Positions 54,657 to 58,281 of a stretch of 58,281 nucleotides of DNA are shown here, one piece after another; position 1 is the stretch's first letter; every line of letters begins with the position of its first letter. The stretch is from a virus (Duplodnaviria; Caudoviricetes), in IMG/VR virus record IMGVR_UViG_3300037465_000050, positions 1-58,281 of that record; one strand, 5' to 3'. The position numbers and the translations under genes were made by a program. The notes under the pieces are model-generated. The model saw only the letters and a list, made by a program, of their open reading frames with translations. It was not told the origin of the DNA and made no database searches.

Positions 54657-55262
54657 CTAGATGGGCTGGCAGCCAGTCCCGTAGCCAAAACGCTCTTGGG
54701 AGGGCCCAAGGGCCCCCAGGGAACCGCCTGTCGTAGCAGCAGGCCTACCGCCGTGCGCGTGAACCCGCCGCGCTGCCTCAGCGATCAGAGCCGCGTCGGC
54801 CATTCCGCTGTCAGCCTTTGTGCGGAGCCGCAGCGAGGGCCACAGCTCAGACGCTGCCAGGACGGCCGTCTGCTTGATGTCGCGGCGCGGCCTGCCGGCG
54901 AGGACGAGCCGTTGCCAGCCCTTCGGCGCGATCCGCAGCGTCGGCAATTTAAGCGCCGCTGTAATCCCGAGCCATAGCCCGAAGCCGACGCCGAAGGAGA
55001 ACATCGACGCGACGCCCTGACCCGGTATCGAGTGGACGTCCTCGATGGCGACGCGCGGCTCCCAGTCGTTCGCGATTGCTTGGTCCATCATGTCGCGGAG
55101 CAGGCGGGAGCACTCCGCGACGTTGTGCTGCGTGCGGCCTTTCGTAGCCGGCACGACTGGAGTACGTTCCACGTGGAACATCGACCCTTCCGGTCGCAGT
55201 GCCACGACTGCTCCGCCGAGGCCGGGATCGATGCCGATCCAGGAAACCGGCGCTGCGCTCAT
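54657..55262 (-). CDS. RuvC-like Holliday junction resolvase
   Basis: WIGIDPGLGGA, IEDVHSIPGQGVASMFSFG, PKGW, ADAALIA. Confidence 0.88.
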   Translation of the reverse strand: MSAAPVSWIGIDPGLGGAVVALRPEGSMFHVERTPVVPATKGRTQHNVAECSRLLRDMMDQAIANDWEPRVAIEDVHSIPGQGVASMFSFGVGFGLWLGITAALKLPTLRIAPKGWQRLVLAGRPRRDIKQTAVLAASELWPSLRLRTKADSGMADAALIAEAARRVHAHGGRPAATTGGSLGALGPSQERFGYGTGCQPI

Positions 55263-55471
55263 TTCGGCGACTGGTCGCGCACGAGCGTCATGCCGCCATC
55301 GGCGCGCTCGACAATCCTACCGATCGGCGGTCGGTCGCGGACTTCCTGGCGCGCGGCTGACGCCTCGCGTAGCAGCTTCTCGCGATCGGCGGTCGACAGC
55401 GTTCGCAGGAACGCTCCCCAATCACGTCGTGTTGATGACGGCGAGGAGCATAGCGGGCAGCGATTCTGCAT
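55259..55471 (-). CDS. Small hypothetical protein
   Basis: GGAG SD; ATGA coupling to resolvase. Confidence 0.5.
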   Translation of the reverse strand: MQNRCPLCSSPSSTRRDWGAFLRTLSTADREKLLREASAARQEVRDRPPIGRIVERADGGMTLVRDQSPK

Positions 55472-55640
55472 CGGGCGGGTCTCCGTTGCAGGTAGGCGGG
55501 GCGCCCGGTTGCCGGACCCGCCGGGTCCGGGCGCCCCTTGAGGAGTCGAAGGAGATCAGCGGGTCCACCGTAGGGCAGCCGCCGTCGATAGAGACCCTAG
55601 AGCCTGGAATCGACGGCTGCAACACCGCGGCCAGTTTCGG

Positions 55641-57158
55641 TCAGACGTCGCCGAACGGAACCGCGCGCAGCTCACCCTCGGTCGCTTGCGCGGTCAGGAC
55701 CACTACGCCGGCCTCCTTAGCGCGGCGAGCGACCTCGGCCTTGTGCTCAGGATCGAGACCTTCCCAGGCTTCCTGACGGTACGGAAGCAGCCCGCCTCGA
55801 CCGACGGCAGCAATCGCGGCCTGGAGCGCGATCGTGTCGCGCTCGCCCTTCGACAGCTCGCCGAACAGCTCCTCACCGCGGTCGGCGGTCACGAGGTAGA
55901 TCCGCCCGTCGCGCAGGAACAGGCCGCTCGGACGTACGGCATCGACCAGCTCGGCGACGCGCGGCCAGACCTCGGCCGCAGCTTCGCGGTACGCATCGGC
56001 CTTCGCCTTCTCTCGCGCAGCCTGTTCCGAAACCTCGAACGCTTCGGCCTGCTTCGTCAGTGCGGCCCGCACGACGGCGCCGCGTTCCTGCCGCTTGCGG
56101 CAGGACTCGACCTCAGCGCGAAGCACGGCGAGTTCGCCATCGCTCGGCCCAGGATCACCCTCGCCGGCTTCTACGATCACGCGCACGGACTCAACCGAGC
56201 GCGCGGCAGACTTCGCCGATTCGAGCGCAGCCGTGGCGGTACGCAAAGCTGATGCGCAGGCTTCCGCCTCCGCGCGGCGCGCGGCCTCATAGACCTCTGC
56301 CTCGTGCAGCGCGCGCTTGGCTTCGGCCGTGCGCGTGGCGGATTCATCGCGCGCACGATCGGCATTCGCCGACGCGATCGATGCAGCGTCGAAGGCGCGG
56401 AATGCAGAATCGACGTCGCCGATCGCTTGAGAGCGATCAAGCGTTGCCTTCGCCGCCGACCACGCCGCCCTACGCTCGCGTGCGTTCTTCGCATCCGCCT
56501 CTGCGCGCGCCAGCACCCGCAGGGACGTCTCCGTCGCCTGTGCGAGCGCAGCCTCGTCATGCGGTTCATTGAGGTCGATACCATCGAGCGACTGGGCGAG
56601 CGCGTGCGCCTTCGCGCGCATCGTGTCCGCGACCATTTCCTGACGCCGCGCCTCGACCTCGATTGCACGCTTGAGAGCGGCGGCCATCTCAGGCATCGAT
56701 TTCGCGGCAAGCGTCTTGGCGTCGGCCAATTTGATGACGTCGACACCGCAGCCGACGCCGACCGTGCGCAGCGAATCGATTGCGGCCTGCACGCCGGCGA
56801 GCGCGCACAGCACGCGCGCACGCTCCATGTCGGCGGCCTCTGGATCCTTGATCCCTGGATCCGCGAGCACGGACGGGTCGAGGTCGCAGTCGAGTGACTC
56901 CACGGTCAGTGCGCCAGCGCGTGTACGTCGCCGGCTAACGACGAGCCGCGCGCCAAGCCCAGCGACCTCGCCCTCTGACCGGCCATCGCGTACAGGCAAC
57001 TCGTCCTTGCCGCCAGCGAGAGCGTGGACCGCGGCGATCGCGGTCGATTTGCCGGATCCGTTCGGGCCTTCGAGCACGACCACGCCACCGTCAGGCGGCA
57101 GATCGATCTTGAGTCGGTCGATAGGACCGACGTCCTTGATTGCGATTTCTCGCGACAT
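55641..57158 (-). CDS. Rad50/SbcC/SMC-like ABC ATPase with coiled coil
   Basis: IKDVGPI..L.I, GPNGSGKS, long Ala-rich coiled coil, ELSKGER signature, EGLDP. Confidence 0.82.
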   Translation of the reverse strand: MSREIAIKDVGPIDRLKIDLPPDGGVVVLEGPNGSGKSTAIAAVHALAGGKDELPVRDGRSEGEVAGLGARLVVSRRRTRAGALTVESLDCDLDPSVLADPGIKDPEAADMERARVLCALAGVQAAIDSLRTVGVGCGVDVIKLADAKTLAAKSMPEMAAALKRAIEVEARRQEMVADTMRAKAHALAQSLDGIDLNEPHDEAALAQATETSLRVLARAEADAKNARERRAAWSAAKATLDRSQAIGDVDSAFRAFDAASIASANADRARDESATRTAEAKRALHEAEVYEAARRAEAEACASALRTATAALESAKSAARSVESVRVIVEAGEGDPGPSDGELAVLRAEVESCRKRQERGAVVRAALTKQAEAFEVSEQAAREKAKADAYREAAAEVWPRVAELVDAVRPSGLFLRDGRIYLVTADRGEELFGELSKGERDTIALQAAIAAVGRGGLLPYRQEAWEGLDPEHKAEVARRAKEAGVVVLTAQATEGELRAVPFGDV

Positions 57159-57218
57159 GATCTCCAGTCTCCTTCGCTTCACAGCACATCCGCGGACTAT
57201 CCGCAAACGGTGTACGTT

Positions 57219-57584
57219 TCAACGCGTGCGCAGCCAGGACGCGAGTCGCGCGAGCAGCGTCTCGAATGTCGGCGCATCCCAGGAGGCAACCTGCCTCGCC
57301 GCACCGTCGCGCACAATCAGCGTGGCGCGCGCCTCTGTCGGTCGCGCTCCAGTTCGACCAGAAATCAGGCCCCAGCGCAACGACGCTACGCGCTCCATCG
57401 CCTGCACGGAGCACGTCGTGGTCATCCCGTTAGGCGCCGCGAGGACTTCTGCCAGGTGCTGCGCTTGACCTGCGGACAGGCGCCCAGCAGCGGCGCGCGC
57501 GACTTCCCAGCGTGCCAGGAGGTCGCGCGCGCGCTCAGCAGCGCGGGCAGCGTAGGGCTCATCGCGTGTAATCACGCAACCCAT
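57219..57584 (-). CDS. Hypothetical protein
   Basis: ORF in leftward operon; AGGA before ATG 57584. Confidence 0.55.
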   Translation of the reverse strand: MGCVITRDEPYAARAAERARDLLARWEVARAAAGRLSAGQAQHLAEVLAAPNGMTTTCSVQAMERVASLRWGLISGRTGARPTEARATLIVRDGAARQVASWDAPTFETLLARLASWLRTR

Positions 57585-57591
57585 CCTACCA

Positions 57592-57837
57592 TCAGCTCGC
57601 CGACTGCCAGTCCTGCGCCATCTCGGCATCGGGCGGAATCCAGGTCGAGCGAGCCGCGTCCTCGCGGATCAGTGCTCGGTGGTGCTCATCGCATAGCCGC
57701 GCTCCGTCCTTCCAGCCGCGCTCGCGGCATAGTGCCGCGCCGGGCTGGTAGCGGACTTCCCATTCCGACTGGCACGCACGCACATCGCACAGGTACGGGT
57801 GCGCCTGAAACCGCAGCACCAGCCGCGAAGGCGTCAC
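57592..57837 (-). CDS. Small Cys-rich hypothetical protein
   Basis: GTGA coupling, AGGAGG SD; C..C...LCDEH. Confidence 0.6.
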   Translation of the reverse strand: MTPSRLVLRFQAHPYLCDVRACQSEWEVRYQPGAALCRERGWKDGARLCDEHHRALIREDAARSTWIPPDAEMAQDWQSAS

Positions 57838-57935
57838 GGCTTCCTCCTTGCGCAGTAAATCGGCGTAAAGGCGAGCACCGCGAACAGCGCAGCAACAGCT
57901 GCGAAGATCATCCAGGCTAGGATCGCTTCGAGCAT
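57834..57935 (-). CDS. 33-aa single-TM peptide (MLEAILAWMIFAAVAALFAVLAFTPIYCARRKP)
   Basis: AAGGA SD; hydrophobic helix; coupled to next gene; not in the supplied ORF track. Confidence 0.6.
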   Translation of the reverse strand: MLEAILAWMIFAAVAALFAVLAFTPIYCARRKP

Positions 57936-58071
57936 CTTATCCTTGTCTTTCTTCCACGCTCTCGGTTGCACGGCCCTTCGCCGCGCGTGCAGGGTCCGCC
58001 GCGTGCAGGCGGCGTGGAATCGGATCCCGTCCGCTACCGGCGCGCGTTAGGTGCGCGCCGGCAGCGCGTCG

Positions 58072-58281
58072 TTAGCTTCGCATCCGCAGACCTCTGACTT
58101 CCGCGATCAGATCGCGCGCCGCGTCTTCGAGCGCGATCGAGATGTTGGCGTCCTCGCCGCTCTGATCGACCGGCATCGCGATCCGCACGGTTTCGGCGAG
58201 CTGAAGGATGAGCTTCTCGACCTTCTTCGCGTCGGACCAGAGCGGATTCAACTTCCGCTCGATCGCGTCTTCGTCATGAGT
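58072..58281 (-). CDS. 3' part of hypothetical protein (THDEDAIERKLNPLW...RMRS*), start outside window
   Basis: 70 codons open from the window end to TAA. Confidence 0.6.
   Translation of the reverse strand, partial: THDEDAIERKLNPLWSDAKKVEKLILQLAETVRIAMPVDQSGEDANISIALEDAARDLIAEVRGLRMRS

Overview
This window looks like an almost complete, GC-rich siphovirus-type (long non-contractile tail) dsDNA phage genome. A leftward early arm (54.6-58.3 kb, continuing into 0-4 kb) carries a RuvC-like resolvase, a Rad50/SMC-like ATPase, a DUF932-like protein and three tandem hexapeptide-repeat genes. A rightward replication arm carries an HTH regulator, an SNF2-like helicase, an SSB-like protein, a RepB-type primase, a putative origin and a UvrD-like helicase. 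Next come an array of small translationally coupled accessory genes, a putative surface/virion module (secreted repeat protein, BppU-like adaptor, sulfatase) and an AT-richer ParB plus two-glycosyltransferase cassette. These are followed by TerS/TerL, an HK97-type head, a lambda-like tail and a lysis-like region. I recognised no integrase, DNA polymerase or endolysin. The sulfatase and the FDGxxDF repeat proteins suggest a Planctomycetota-like host (inference only). The main leads are: (1) the UvrD helicase Walker A is split by ACT-TGA-AG-ACC, a candidate 8-nt translational bypass; (2) four paralogous beta-helix repeat genes with variable repeat number and one hypervariable residue per repeat; (3) a packaging-linked TAGT/GREB1-like plus RGP/GT75-like sugar-modification cassette; (4) a tRNA-Pro-like element whose anticodon loop is replaced by a tetraloop; (5) a duplicated early-gene leader containing a covarying 22-bp palindrome. 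All family calls come from motif recognition by eye, not database searches.
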